From Octopus vulgaris (taxonomy: Eukaryota): DNA of 64,000 bases. Within the stretch, counting starts at the first letter, position 1, and every line of letters begins with the position of its first letter. The stretch is from assembly GCA_951406725.2 (NCBI GenBank), contig OX597819.1, positions 88,474,001 to 88,538,000 of the forward strand, given 5' to 3'. The notes under the pieces are model-generated. The model did no database searches and was not told where the DNA came from. It saw nothing but the letters and a program-made list of their open reading frames with translations. The position numbers and the translations under genes are program-made. Shown piece by piece: positions 29,790 to 47,495 of this stretch.

Positions 29790-30225
29790 GGGTGAGCTGG
29801 CAGAATCTTAAGCACGCCAGGCAAAATGCATAGAGGTATTTCGTCCGGCGAGCTGGCAGAATCGATAGCACGCCGGGCGAAATGCTTAGCCGTATTTCGT
29901 CTGCCGTTACGTTCTGAGTTCAAATTCCGCCGAGGTCGACTTTGCCTTTCATCCTTTCGGGGTCGATAAATTAAGTACCAGTCAAACACTGGGGTCGATA
30001 TAATCGACTTAATCCGTTTGTCTGACCTTGTTTGTCCTCTCTGTGTTTAGCCCGTTGTGGGTAGTAAAGAAATAGGTATTTCGTCCGTCTTTACGTTCTG
30101 AGTTCGAGGTCAACTTTGTCTTTCATCCTTCTGAGGGCGATAAAATAAGTACCAGTTATGTACTGGGGTGTATATAATCGACTTGCCCTCCCCCCAACCC
30201 ACCCCGAAATTGCTAGCCTCCAACC
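29790..30225 (+). mobile_element. Nested SINE-B: a tail-type-2 copy (29848-30073) inserted into an older SINE-B
   Basis: 14-bp TSD aggtatttcgtccg at 29834-29847 and 30074-30087. Confidence 0.9.
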
Positions 30226-31014
30226 AAAGTTTGTGCATGTATGTGAGCGTGCGAGTGTGCGCATTCTAAACATTAATTTCTAATATAGTCCCTTGTGATA
30301 ACACCGATGACGTTTGGAGTTGTGTACTGTTTTTCAGGCTACCAAAGCTTAGCGAGATTTCAAAGCATTTAAGATGATAACAAAGACTATCCGCTAAATG
30401 AAATGCCTGTCATCGCAGAGTCTAAAAACGACAATTTAGCCAATTTAATAGACCACTGATCTTTACTAATTTCACATAATTTTATCGACACCTAGAAGAT
30501 CAAGTCAATTCGGCAAGATTTCAACTTGGAATGTTAAGCGACGAAACTCAATACCGCAAGCCATTTTCTTCGACACTCCATTGTTTCTATTTTTCCACCA
30601 AACTACTTCTGCCAATGCAACATCTTTCGGCTATCCATCATTTTTGCTCAATCCACCATTCTGCTTCTGCAGATCCATCATCTTTTCTACTCATCTATCA
30701 GACAATTAAATAAATATTAAACTGCAGCTGTCCTGGGTTCGGCTATAACTTACGTCTTACTGTTCTTATATAAACGAATATCTTAAAGATGTTTTTATTT
30801 ATTATTTTATCTGTATATATTGTTGAGATTGTTGGTTTTATATAAACACACGCGCACACACAAACGAACAAATACACACATACATACGTATATGTATGTA
30901 TAAATGTATAATGCGATGTATCTGGTGATACCCTATAGAACCTTTCTATTACTCTTCCTGACTTTTTCTCATCTCCTTTTTTCTAATTATTCTCGTTCCT
31001 TCTGTCTTCCCTTT

Positions 31015-31348
31015 TCTTCTTCTTCTTCTTCTTCTTCTTCTTCTTCTTCTTCTTCTTCTTCTTCTTCTTCTTCTTTTTCTTCCTCTTCTTTTTCTTCCTC
31101 TTCTTCTTCTTCTTCTTCTTCTTTTTTTCTTCTTCTTTTTCTTCCTCTTCTTTTTCTTCCTCTTCTTTTTCTTCCTCTTCTTTTTCTTCTTCTTCTTCTA
31201 CTTCTTCTTCTTCTTCTTCTTCTTTTTTTTCTTCTTCTTTTTCTTCCTCTTCTTTTTCTTCCTCTTCTTTTTCTTCCTCTTCTTTTTCTTCTTCTTCTTC
31301 TTCTTCTTCTTCTTCTTCTTCTTCTTCTTCTTCTTCTTCTTCTTCTTC
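31015..31348. repeat. Polypyrimidine (CTT)n compound array with a 15-bp sub-unit
   Basis: Directly visible; source of the poly-E/K and poly-S/L ORFs. Confidence 0.95.
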
Positions 31349-33204
31349 CATTTTCTACCTCCCTATCGTTGACTTTCTTGCTTTCCGTCTTTCTTTCAGT
31401 TTAGATTTATTTCTTTATCTACTATTGTATTTATTCCTACACTCTTTCTTTAACAATCAACTATGGACGGTTGGGTGTGTCAATCCTCTGTGATAAGCTT
31501 AATTCATTTACTTGCCAGTATCGTGACCGCTGACACAGTGAAGCGATCAGTAATGCGTATGTGTGTACACGCACGCGTGCATGCGACTGTGTGTACGTGT
31601 GTGTGTGCGTGTGTGTGTATGCATTTGTGTGTGAGTATTAGCGAACAGGAGAAATATACTCGATACTGTTGTAAAATATAATATTTGAGCTGATCAAGTT
31701 GCCTGTTACTCTTGTGTTTCCTAAATGTGTACGGCTTGTCCTCCAGGCAGGAAAGAACTGGATGATAAAGAGGGATTACTCAGCGTAAATGTAGATAGAT
31801 GGCAGCATAAGACTGGCCGAATAGTTGAGAAGATGGTGAATTTTAATCAGACGATTGTCTATCGTATATACATACACACATATACATTTATAAAGGCCTT
31901 TAGCCTTGAGTCGGAAGAGAAACATGAAAAGGAGAAGTGTAGTAATAGTGAAGGGATATCAATTCTATTCTTAGAGATAGGAGTCATGATAAGTTGGAAG
32001 TCATTACTTCTGTTTCTATTTGACAATTTGCTAACAGGTAGTAGAATAGCGACAAGGAGTTTGTATTAGACTTACTACTAACAACTTTGAAATTAGTAAC
32101 TATTCTCATATCTATTCCTTCAGAAACTGCGAAAAAAATTATACCACACTTTCGGAGTGTATACAAATATCGAAGGATAGGAACGCGCCAATATATCCCA
32201 AAAGCTAAACCACACAGAAGAGAAGAGATTATGTGACTTTTGTATAACTGAGGGGCTTGAAATAGTTTTGCCATTAGATTTTAATGACTATTCTAAATTA
32301 TGAAGTACAATAAATTGCCTTTTGATTTTCTATGCTGATTTTCTATAATGAATATTTTTCTCTTCCATACATAACATGAAACTACCATAAGCGATCCAAC
32401 TCTTGAACAACTTACAAAATGTACCCACAAGTTAGTGCCCTTTTCTCTACCTACACTCTGAATTGTCCTGATTTAACTACATTTATTTTTTCTGGTTTCT
32501 GTTCATTGCCCCCTTCTTGTATATTTCACCAAATTCTCAGTAACTGTATATGTGGGTGTACCTCGATACATGCATGTACACTGCTTATTATATTTATGCT
32601 ATATTTCTTATCTTGATCCTATCTTACTGTAAATGTTGTACACTTACATGCGTTTCTATTTCTGACTATTTGACCTAGAATTATATAGTGATTTTTTTGT
32701 CGTCAGTATGCTTGCAAATTATTAATTATATTATTTGCTTTTGATCTCGTAGATTTTTTTTCCTTTATAGGAAATGTATAGACTTTACAAGCTCATAACA
32801 GCTTAAGTGCCTTACTAATATTAACTTTATGTGCCCTGTTTAACTTTTAATTTTTACATCGAATTAAATTACTTTTTTTTTAGTGTTAGGTTGAAGTAGT
32901 TGCTTACAAGTTGAGGGGGGGTCTGTTAATCTAACTAAATATCTGTTTCATTTGTTCTATATATTGTTTGACTTACTGTAACATATTGATATATTTCCTC
33001 TGAAATTGACATAAATACCCGTCTACGATGTACTCTCGGGATCTTTGTACGGTTTTTTATGAGCATTTGCTTTGCTTATTTTATGGTCATAAGTGTCTCA
33101 TTCTATGTTCTCATACCTCTTTTGTACTGATAACTGGAGTATTAAATTTAATAATTTTTTCTCTCTCAGTTTGATAGAATGATAAATTGTTTATTTTATA
33201 TTTT

Positions 33205-33597
33205 GGATCTTTTCAGTTTGACCGGCAGATTTTTAAAATAATTTCTTTGTAACTAAACACTTTTAAACTTCGTATACTGGTAGAATGTGTTTATAAAACA
33301 TCTTTTTCTCTTGGCTTTCTTGAGAAAATTCTGTAGTTTGTAAGATATTTGGTCTTTTATTTCTTAATTTTCGGCAATTTCAACCAATCAATGACGTCTA
33401 TTGAAGTGAAAACAATATCTGCCGAAGTCTGTCAACAGCAATTTAAAGACCAAGTATCTTACAAACTACAAAATTTTCTCAAGAAAGCCGAAAGAAAAAG
33501 ATGTTTTATAAACACATTCTACCAGTATACGAAGTTTAAAAGTGTTTAGTTACAAAGAAATTATTTTTAAAATCTGCCGGTCAAACCGAAAAGATCC
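33205..33597. mobile_element. Foldback MITE with ~155-bp TIRs and GG...CC ends (Merlin-like)
   Basis: ggatcttttcagtttgaccggcag... / ...ctgccggtcaaaccgaaaagatcc. 8-bp TSD tatatttt / tttatttt (7/8). Confidence 0.8.
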
Positions 33598-33634
33598 TTT
33601 ATTTTTAATATTTACATACATATATATATATTAA

Positions 33635-34140
33635 GGTGGTGAGCTGGCAGAATCGTAAGCACGCCGGGCAAAATGCTTTGCAGCATTTCGTCCGTCGTTA
33701 CGTTCTGAGCTCATATTCCGCCGAGGTCGACTTTATCTTTCATCTTTTCGGAGTCGATAAAAATAAGTACCAGCTGATCACTAGGATCGATGTAATCGAC
33801 TTGCCCACTCTCACGAAATTGCTGGCCTTGTGCCAAAATTTGAAGCCAATATTTACATCATATGTGTATGTGTGTGTGTGTGTGCTTGTCTCTGTGTGTG
33901 TGTGTGTATGTGTGTCTTAGTGTTTTTTTTTGTTTGTTCCCACCACCATTTGACAACTCATGTTGGTTTGTTTACGTCTGCTTGACTTAGCAGTTCGGTA
34001 AAAGATAATGCGATACAATAAGTATCAGACGTAAAAGAAGAAACATAAGTACTGTGGTTGATTTTATTCAACTAAAACCCTTGAAGGTGGTGCTCCTGTA
34101 TGGCTGCAATCCAATGAGTGAAACAAGTAAAGGATAAAAA
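33635..34140 (+). mobile_element. SINE-B (33635-33852) followed by a diverged SINE-A 3' half
   Basis: Matches both family consensus patterns seen elsewhere in the window. Confidence 0.75.
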
Positions 34141-34781
34141 ATAGTTTTTAGAAATAAATATGATGAGTTTCTTTTTTTGCTTGCATTACAAAAAATATTT
34201 TCAATACGTCTTTGTATTTTTCTTGAAATTTTGAAATTTTTTCTCGTTTTTTTAACCGTTAACTTTTGCATTATTCTTTTTGTTCTGTCAGTAGCAGACA
34301 ATCAATTATTCTCTTCTCTGATTTATTTATTTATTTATTTATTTATTTACTTATTTTCAAGACACAAGCATGCCTCAACTTACGTCTCTTTCAACATCAC
34401 GTCGTTTTCTTAAGAAATTAAATGCAAAGAATAAACCTTAACAGCAATCGATTTATCCGAATAAATGTTAGTCTCGGCGAAAATACTTAAATCCACAAAA
34501 ATGATTTTAAAAGCATCTAAAAACCAATAGTGAAGGGAAAAATCAAATGAAATACATGTGAAAATATGTGCAAAGCATATTCTTGAAACAGATATAAGCT
34601 AATAATGTCGTCGTTTTTCAACTTAAGTTGCATCTCTTGGAACTAATTATCATCGTATTTTCAGATATGCCTACGCTGACCAATATTTCAGTACTTTCTA
34701 GAAGATATTTTAGTTTTTAGTTAAAAGTTATTCACCTATTCGGAGACTTTCTTTCTACAGATACTCGTTTGGTCTTCTTTT

Positions 34782-34844
<63 letters not shown>

Positions 34845-35134
34845 CCTCTCACTCTCTCTTTCTCTCTCTCTCACACGCTTTCTCTATCTCCTGTGTCATT
34901 TTTTTTTCTTTACTTTGACCGAGGAACGAATATGTGAATTTCCAAATTTTATTTCTCAGCCGATCTCAAATCAGTTGTAATATGCATTCAAACAGTTATG
35001 TTCCTATTAGGTCATACATTTTAAATAAAAGAATATAAATGTACATTTACATTGTAACTGAGTCTTTTATGGACTTCTTGAATTTTATTCAAGATTTACA
35101 ATAAATATGTGTGTGAGTTTATGAATGCAGGTGA

Positions 35135-35190
<56 letters not shown>

Positions 35191-36366
35191 ATATTGTGTG
35201 TGTGCGTACGTGCGTGTGTAGGGGTGTGGGAGTGTTTGGGTGTGTGTGCGTAAGCGTAGGTGCATGCAATAGTAAGAAATAAACGAAAAAAATTCAAAAT
35301 TCGAAATTCTGTTTTCTTTTTATTCTCGCCTTTCTCTCATTCTTTATTGTTCTCTTTCAAAACTCTTTCTTCATTCTTTTTTCTTTTACACTCTCTCCCT
35401 CCCCTTTCTCTCTCTCTCTTTCTCTCTCCCTCTCTGTCACCCCCTCTCTCTCTCTTTCTCCCCCTCTCTGTTTGAATTTTGCAATACCATTTAAATATAT
35501 CTGAATGCATTCATTCGCGCAGATTCGCATGCTATACAAATCGCATGGGAAATTCATATTCACATATACTTACTTTCCAAATTAACCTACATACACATAT
35601 ACACATATATATACGTATGTGCAAAGATACGCGCACGCACACAATTCATACATACACACACATGCAATTGTGTGCGTGTGGTGTTTTATATTCGAAGTAA
35701 TCTTGTGTGTTTGCATAATGGTCTACTTTTGAGGGTATGGTGACATAACCAATCGGACGTGCATGCATATATGTGTATATATGCGTGTGTATGCTTATAT
35801 ATGTACACGATGTCCGTATGTATATATTTATGCATAGTATGCATGCATGTATACACACAGATACACACACGAACATACACACTCTCTCCCTCTCTAAAAA
35901 TGCTCTTCAGAGAAATGCGAAGAGAAGAATTTATAAACCCATTATATATACATATTCAGGAGTAGTGACAAAAAAGTAAAAATAAAAACATTAAATCAGC
36001 AAATCAATAACTAACAAAAATACTTAAAAATCACTCTATCTTTAAAATTAAAAAAACCTATACTAATGGTACAGAGGGTAAGGCAGTAGGCTTCTATACA
36101 AGGGGTGTTGTAGGAACGACGTATTAAAAGGAAAATGATGGAGTTAATTGAAAAAAAAAAGGTTAAAAGAATTAAAAATATAGACATACAGCTGTAAAAA
36201 ATTAAAAAAACGATTATTGGAGAAAGGCCTAACAAAAATAGTGTTAAATTTTCTGTTTGGATATACTTAAGCGTTTACGTACGTACACACACACACACAG
36301 ATAGATAGATATGTGCGTTTGTTTATGTACGTGTGTGTTTGTGCGTTTGTTTATGTACGTGTGTGT

Positions 36367-36407
<41 letters not shown>

Positions 36408-36587
36408 CGTATATTCACAGAGACACAAAAAGAGAGAGTGAGAGATAATGATTCAGATAAATATGATTAAAATTTGATATATGGCGGTGCCCCAGCATGG
36501 CCACAGCTCGTGAGCTGAAACTAGATAAAATATTAAATTAAAATAATATATACATATACACATATAGATGCACCTACATATATACTA

Positions 36588-36688
<101 letters not shown>

Positions 36689-37142
36689 CAGAATACTAAG
36701 GAAAGAATGCAAAGATTTTTTGCTCGATAGCTGTTTCTGGAAGCTCGGAAGTACGTAATAAACTTAATGTCCATAATTAGCAGATGGAATATGCAAGACG
36801 TCATGGGTATGCAACCAGTACATGGTTGTGTAGAGATTTTACCATAAGGCCGGCTAACTTCGTGATGATCTGTTGTAATCAAGCATCTAACTGCACTTGA
36901 AATATCTAAGGCAGCGGTTCTAGACAACCAGAATAGTGAAACGTACGTAAGGAACAAATTATATAAACTTTTGCTTCTCGTAATTTCTCCTACAGTTCTT
37001 CTGCATATTATAGTTATTAGTAATTTAAGTATCATAATAACCAAATCACTATACTGGAAGCAGACTGGATAAAGTAAATTTAGATAGAACTCTGAACCCC
37101 AAAATAGTAATCGTACATCTAGCAATACATACCAGATATATA

Positions 37143-37180
<38 letters not shown>

Positions 37181-37317
37181 GCACATATATATATATACAT
37201 ATATATTTACACTCACACACACACATATATATATATGTATATATACACATACACATGTATATGCATACATATATATGGATGTATATAAATAGATCTCTCG
37301 GATAGATAGATGGATAG

Positions 37318-37650
<333 letters not shown>

Positions 37651-37652
37651 AC

Positions 37653-37722
<70 letters not shown>

Positions 37723-38349
37723 TCTTTTATTCTGTTACTTGTTTCAGTCATTTGACTGCGGCCATGGTGGTGGTGGTGGTGGTGGTGGTGCAGGTCGTGG
37801 TGGTGGTGGTGATGATAATGACGACGATGACAACGATAATCATGATGATCGTGATGATGATGATGACGCCTGCGATGTGCAGAAACACCTGCGATGAATG
37901 TTATATTTTGATCAATGAAAATAGAGGCACCAACACATCCACCAAACAGCAACGGAAGTACCACTGGCACCATCAATATCACCAGTGCTACAGCCACCGC
38001 CCCCCCCCCCCCCACACACACACGTAAACATACACACACTACCATCACCATCATCACCACAGTGATATAGGTGTAATAGAAGGTCCACACACGGTTACAG
38101 CACATGGTAATGTATTCTGCTGTAAATTTACTGTTCTGAAAATATTTGAAACTCTCACCACTTCTCCCTCGGTCCTGTCTCACTCTTTCTCTCTCTCTCT
38201 CTCTCTCTCCCTCCCTCTCTACGTATGTGGGAGTATGCACGTGTGAGTACGTGTGTACATATGTTTGTTTTTTAAACGTGTCTCTGAGCGAAATTTCATT
38301 TCTCTGATTATAAAGCGGTTTCCACAAACACCCACTCAAAGATTAATGT

Positions 38350-40460
<2,111 letters not shown>

Positions 40461-40969
40461 ATTAACTTTATATCATTCCATATCTCGCCGATATTAAATA
40501 TCATTTCGCTTTTAACCGCTGCTTGCAATAAGATACTGGTTTTGTTTTTGCTTTGATTTCTTTACATATATTTTTGTTGTTGTTACTGCTGTTTGTTTGC
40601 GTGCATGTGTGTGTATACGTGTGTGTGTATGCGTGTGTGTGTGTGTGTGTATGTGTGTGTATGTGTGTGTATGTGTTGTGTTTCTGTTGACTTGAATTCT
40701 GGAGTCATGCTGATGCGTTCAGTTTAAATTAGATTTTAAGTATAATAACACTGAAACCTTAAAAGAAAAAAAGCCTAGGTATATATACTGCATTAAAACG
40801 TGACTAATCTGGATTAAATATATTAAAACGTGGAATATCTTGACATGAGACACATGATACATGACATGTTTCCACATATTATTTTAAAACATGAAAAATC
40901 TAGACGACATACAGTAAAATTTGAATGACCCGGATGTACTCCTTTTAAAATTCGTAAGATCGGGACATA

Positions 40970-41120
<151 letters not shown>

Positions 41121-41127
41121 CATCATC

Positions 41128-42575
41128 ATTCAGTGGGTTTATTTTTATATCGTGCTTTCACTTCACTACCGAGCGCAGCTCTGTGTGCCTTGGGTATGTG
41201 CTGTGATTTGTTGTAATGCTCTGATGGTTACTGTATTGAAAGTGTTCTACGTAGGATGTGTGCGGTGCCTAGTAGTGAAATTTTCTCTATGTTATATGAG
41301 TTTGTAAGTCCTGGTGTTTTTATTATGTATTTGTCTGAATATTTTTTTATCATGCCTAATGCACCTACTATGATAGGAATTATTTCTGTTTTTAGATTCC
41401 CCATTCTCATCATCATCATTGTTCGACCGTGGTCGAGACAATGGAATTTACCATGCTATGCCAGACTTCACGGTCCATCATGACATTACGGAGGTCCTGT
41501 TGCTGGATGCCTGTATCCCTGGAGATTATATCAGGGTAGGAGAGTGTGCGCCCTCTGGTATTGCGAGTAGATGGCTTCCAGAGGAGAAGAGTAGAAATTA
41601 CCTCTTTTTCAGCTCTACAACAATGTCCAGCAAACTGGACTCTCTTACCTTTCACAAGAGATGACACAGGTGGTAGTTTCCCATATATTTGCATTTTGGT
41701 TGGATGGCGCTTCCACGAGAGATTTTGAGCTCTCATAAGGAGGCGAGTGTAGGTTCCATCCAACCGCCTCTCAAGCTTCTTTGATAACGTCCAGGTTTCT
41801 GAGCCATATAGTAGAATTGGTTCGACTGTGGCTTTGAAGATTTCAAGTTTGAAGTCTCTACTTAGATTTGATGACCAGATCATTACAGGCTGACCAGGCC
41901 ATACCCTTTCTAGTTAGAAAGTCTTTTCCAGATGATGATATGTATGACCCAAGATATTTGTAATCAGAAACCATATTTAAGGGCGCATTGTTGAGAGTAT
42001 TTATGATGCAATCACTGTTGGACTGGCATTTGTTTATGTATTCAGTCTTGGCTCATTGAGGTAAAGACCTACACAATTTGAGGCTTGTTCAAGAGATTGT
42101 ATAAGAGACTGGGCATTGGAGAGAGAATCACTGATAAGAGCGATGTCGTCAGCAAAGTCAGTGTCTCTCAAGTACTCAGCTGGGTGTCTGGAACTTCTTC
42201 TTGGTTTTATTTTAAAGCCCTTACCAGAGATGGTATCAACTGACATACGTAGCACATAATCAACAGCAACATTCTAGTTACCTCTGTTTCCAGGTCTTTG
42301 TATTTTGAAAGTTTCTCCATTTCTTTTAGAGACACGTTGTCATCTGCCGGTATTGATACATCAATTAGAAAGCATTTTTTTTTCTTCATGATCTCTGACA
42401 ACTATATCTGGTCTGTTGGCCTTAATTTCTTTATCAGTGTGTATTGGCATATCCCAGAGTACGGTTGCTTTCTCGTTTTCTGTGACCTTTTCTGGTGTGT
42501 ACCTATAACATCTTTTTTCTGTTGTTATTCCATAATGTTGGCATAGCTTCCAGTGTATGTAGGTCCCAACTCTGT
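41128..42575 (-). mobile_element. R4/Dong-type RLE LINE 3' fragment (same family as 26428-27129), split by an RTE insertion
   Basis: ORFs 42361-42594, 42207-42401 and 41228-41419 match the 26428 copy. Its 3' end abuts (TTA)n at 40972-41120. Confidence 0.9.
41408..42269 (-). mobile_element. 5'-truncated RTE-clade LINE (RT C-terminal half) with (ATG)n tail
   Basis: DTDFADDIALISD, YKYLGSYI, ILLYGSETW and FAGHC motifs, with frameshifts. TSD cattct at 41402-41407 and 42270-42275. Confidence 0.9.
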
Positions 42576-42672
42576 ATATACATTTATCATACAATAAATA
42601 TAGCTTGGCAAAATAATTACCAAACTAAAACAAGCACTTCGAATCGATATGCCCGACTAAAACACTGGAGGC

Positions 42673-42734
<62 letters not shown>

Positions 42735-42735
<1 letters not shown>

Positions 42736-43063
42736 GCTCCTGCCGGCAGAATCGTGAGCATGCCTGACAAAACGCTTAGCGGCATTTCTTCCGGTCTTAA
42801 CCTTCTGAGATAAAATTCCGCCGAGGTTGACTTTACCTTTCATCCTTTCTTTCGAAATCAATTAAATAAGTACCAGTTACTCACTGGGGTTGATATAATC
42901 GACCTAATTCCTTTCCCCAAATTTCAGGACTTGTGCCTACAGTAGAAAGGATTGTTGTTGTTGTTGTTGTTGTTACGCAGGGGTCGATATAATCAACTTT
43001 TTCCGTTTGTCTGTCCTTGTTTGTCCTCTCTGTGTTCGGCCCCTTGTGGGTAGTAAAGAAATA
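42735..43063 (+). mobile_element. SINE-B (tail type 1) followed by a truncated tail-type-2 fragment
   Basis: Matches family motifs; the second piece starts at ~42975. Confidence 0.75.
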
Positions 43064-43204
43064 GGATACCGAATTTACGATGTTGTTTAGATGGCAAGCC
43101 TACCATATATGCACACACACACACACACACATACATGTGCTACCTGCATATGCATGTATGTATACGTTATATGTGTATGTATGGATACATACATACAAGT
43201 GTGT

Positions 43205-43253
<49 letters not shown>

Positions 43254-43698
43254 TGTGTGTGTGCGTGTTTGTGTGCGTACAATTAAGGCTACTAAATTTT
43301 ACATATAAATTTATTAATAAGACTATTATTCTTCTCCACAAACATTTTGGCTGTGAATAATGGGGGAAATGTATCAGAAATGTGCTGAAGCTGTTTCAAT
43401 GCCTTGCTTTCTTGTATGTTAGTTTTAACAACCATATTTACTTATATAGTAACGTTCTTTCTTTTGTTGTAAATAGTAGAATATTATATTATATTGGATA
43501 TTAAATTATATTTAGCTCTCCGTATGTACTGCAACTTTTCATAATTCGGCAAAGCAATTAATTATTGAAGTAAAACATTTCTCTTTTTAATCAAGCAATT
43601 AAAACTTAATTAATCAATCAAAATTTAATTAAGCTATCAAAACTTAAGCTGTTAAGATTTTCATTTCTTTGCGCGCGAGCGAGCGTGTGTGTGTGTGT

Positions 43699-43794
<96 letters not shown>

Positions 43795-43979
43795 ATATTT
43801 GCTTTCAATAAAATGTAGTACCTAAAAGAGACTGATTTATTTTCTGATGTTCATATTACTAATATTCGTATAACCGTTAGATAGCTTAATATTGAAATTA
43901 TCTTTCTATGCAAAGCAGGAATACTTGGACTCTTTTGAAAAACAATAGTTTATCTCAAGCTAAATATTGTAATTTTTTA

Positions 43980-44298
43980 AACTTTTACTTGTTTTAGTCA
44001 TTGGACTGCAGCCATTTTTTATTGCCAAACCGTTAAGGTACGAGAAAGAAAATAAATCAACTCCGTTTGTCAAGTGGTGGGAGAGGGGGAAACAAACACA
44101 GACACAGCTACACATACTCACAAACATATACACGGGCTTCAATACAATTTCCGCCCACTACCAAATTCATTCACAAAGATTGGTCGATCCAGGGCTATAG
44201 TAGGAGACACTTGCCCAAAGTGCCACGAAGTGGAACTGAACCCGAAGTCACGTCGCTACAAAGTGAGCTTCTTAACCATAAAGCCATGCCAACGCCCA
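43980..44298 (-). mobile_element. SINE-A, diverged
   Basis: Similarity to the family consensus. Confidence 0.65.
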
Positions 44299-45044
44299 AA
44301 GGGTCTGATGCTCTACCGACAAAGCTATATAACTATAAAAAAAAAGCATTAAGAAAAAAGAAAGACTTATTCGCATTTTATGAAATAATTTTTAAAAGAA
44401 CTTCAAATCTAAAGTTTCTATGACACCAAAAGAAGCTTCGGATTATGTATTCCGAAATATTGTTCCATGTTGCATAAAAAGCTGTTGCTTAGTTCCAGGT
44501 CAGTCTGATGTAGAAAACTCGTGATTACGAGTATAAAAGCCGTCAATATATTTGTCAACGAATCGGTCGATCTCTGACAGGTTTATATGGAGTGAAGATG
44601 GTTATTCACAAAGTGGCTGTTCCATCGCATTTCCCACGCCGTCTTCCAGAGTAATACCTTTTCCATTTTGTCAACTGCAACCATGAGGTTGTCTGAATTA
44701 CAGGAAATCAGGATAATGTACAAAATTTCGTAGCTTACTGCACGAACAATAAACTTAAGACAACCTATCGTTTTTCTGTTTTAGTCGGATAGTTAAGAAA
44801 GTGCTAAATGTAATCAAGAGTGGAAATTTTTAAAAAAAGGAGTTGCTAACAGGAGTCACGGGAGATATTTTAAAGCAAAAAGTTAGGCTATGAAGCAAAT
44901 GACACATCTGTAAATTCACTAAGGTTTTCTATAAACTAAAAGTATTTCGTCTTTTTGTATATTTAGTACTTATCCAACATACCTTACACAACGTATCCTT
45001 GCTATTTTTCAAAACATTGAGCTATTATTTGAAGGAATTCAGTT

Positions 45045-45300
45045 AGTAAGATTGTGGTTTCGATTCCTCGACCGGGCGATGCGTTGTGTTCTGGAGCAAA
45101 ACACTTCACTTCATGTTGCTCAAGTCCGCTCAGCTGTAGAAATGAGTATTAGAAGTGGAGGCGCGTTGCTTAGTGTTTAGGGTGTTAGATTCACGACCGT
45201 AAGATTATGGTTTCGATTCCTGGACCGGTTGATCTGTAGTGTTCTTCAGCAAAACACTTCATTTCCCGTTGCTCCAGTCCACTCAGCTGTAGGCATGAGT
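45045..45300 (+). mobile_element. Two tandem SINE-C pieces
   Basis: ggtttcgattcct...agcaaaacacttca...ttgctc.agtcc.ctcagctgtag occurs twice. tRNA-like head gtggaggcgcgttgcttagtg at ~45155. Confidence 0.7.
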
Positions 45301-45699
45301 TTAGCTTGGAGGGGAAGGGGCTACGCCAGGCTTTTTCGTTCTGGATTCGATGCAGGACTGACACGTCCCAACGACCGCTAAGGGGTTACGGGACTTTTCA
45401 TTGTCGTTGTCAGTATTCCGCATCAAGCAATTGCATTGAGGCTACCTTTTAGAATGACTTACAAAGAAGCAAAAAAAAAAAAAAAAGAAAAAAGAAAGAA
45501 AAGAAAACATATGACTATCAGAACGGCAATGGCAACTGGTCGATTGAGCTGTAAATATAAAGCAAAGAGAAGTCTGTTCACGTCTATTTTTTTCTTATCA
45601 TGCAATAACATGTTAACTAAACTTTAACTCACATAATGGCTCTAAACACATAAGCACGCGCACACACACACACACCCAAACCTACACATCATTCATAAT

Positions 45700-47340
<1,641 letters not shown>

Positions 47341-47495
47341 ATCAATGCTTTTATAAACATGCCCTCGTTATTTGTGTGTGTGTGTGTGTGTGTGTATAAG
47401 TATTTTCGTGTGTCTATGCGGGTATATGTGTTTCACTGTGTATACTCAGGGTGTTAGATAAATAAAAAAGAGTACTCAGCATTAGGCTATAATTA

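Noticed and set aside
36849-36863. ccggctaacttcgtg, resembling a conserved 16S rRNA segment
   Set aside because: Only 15 nt match and the flanks do not continue (no CCAGCAGCCGCGG).
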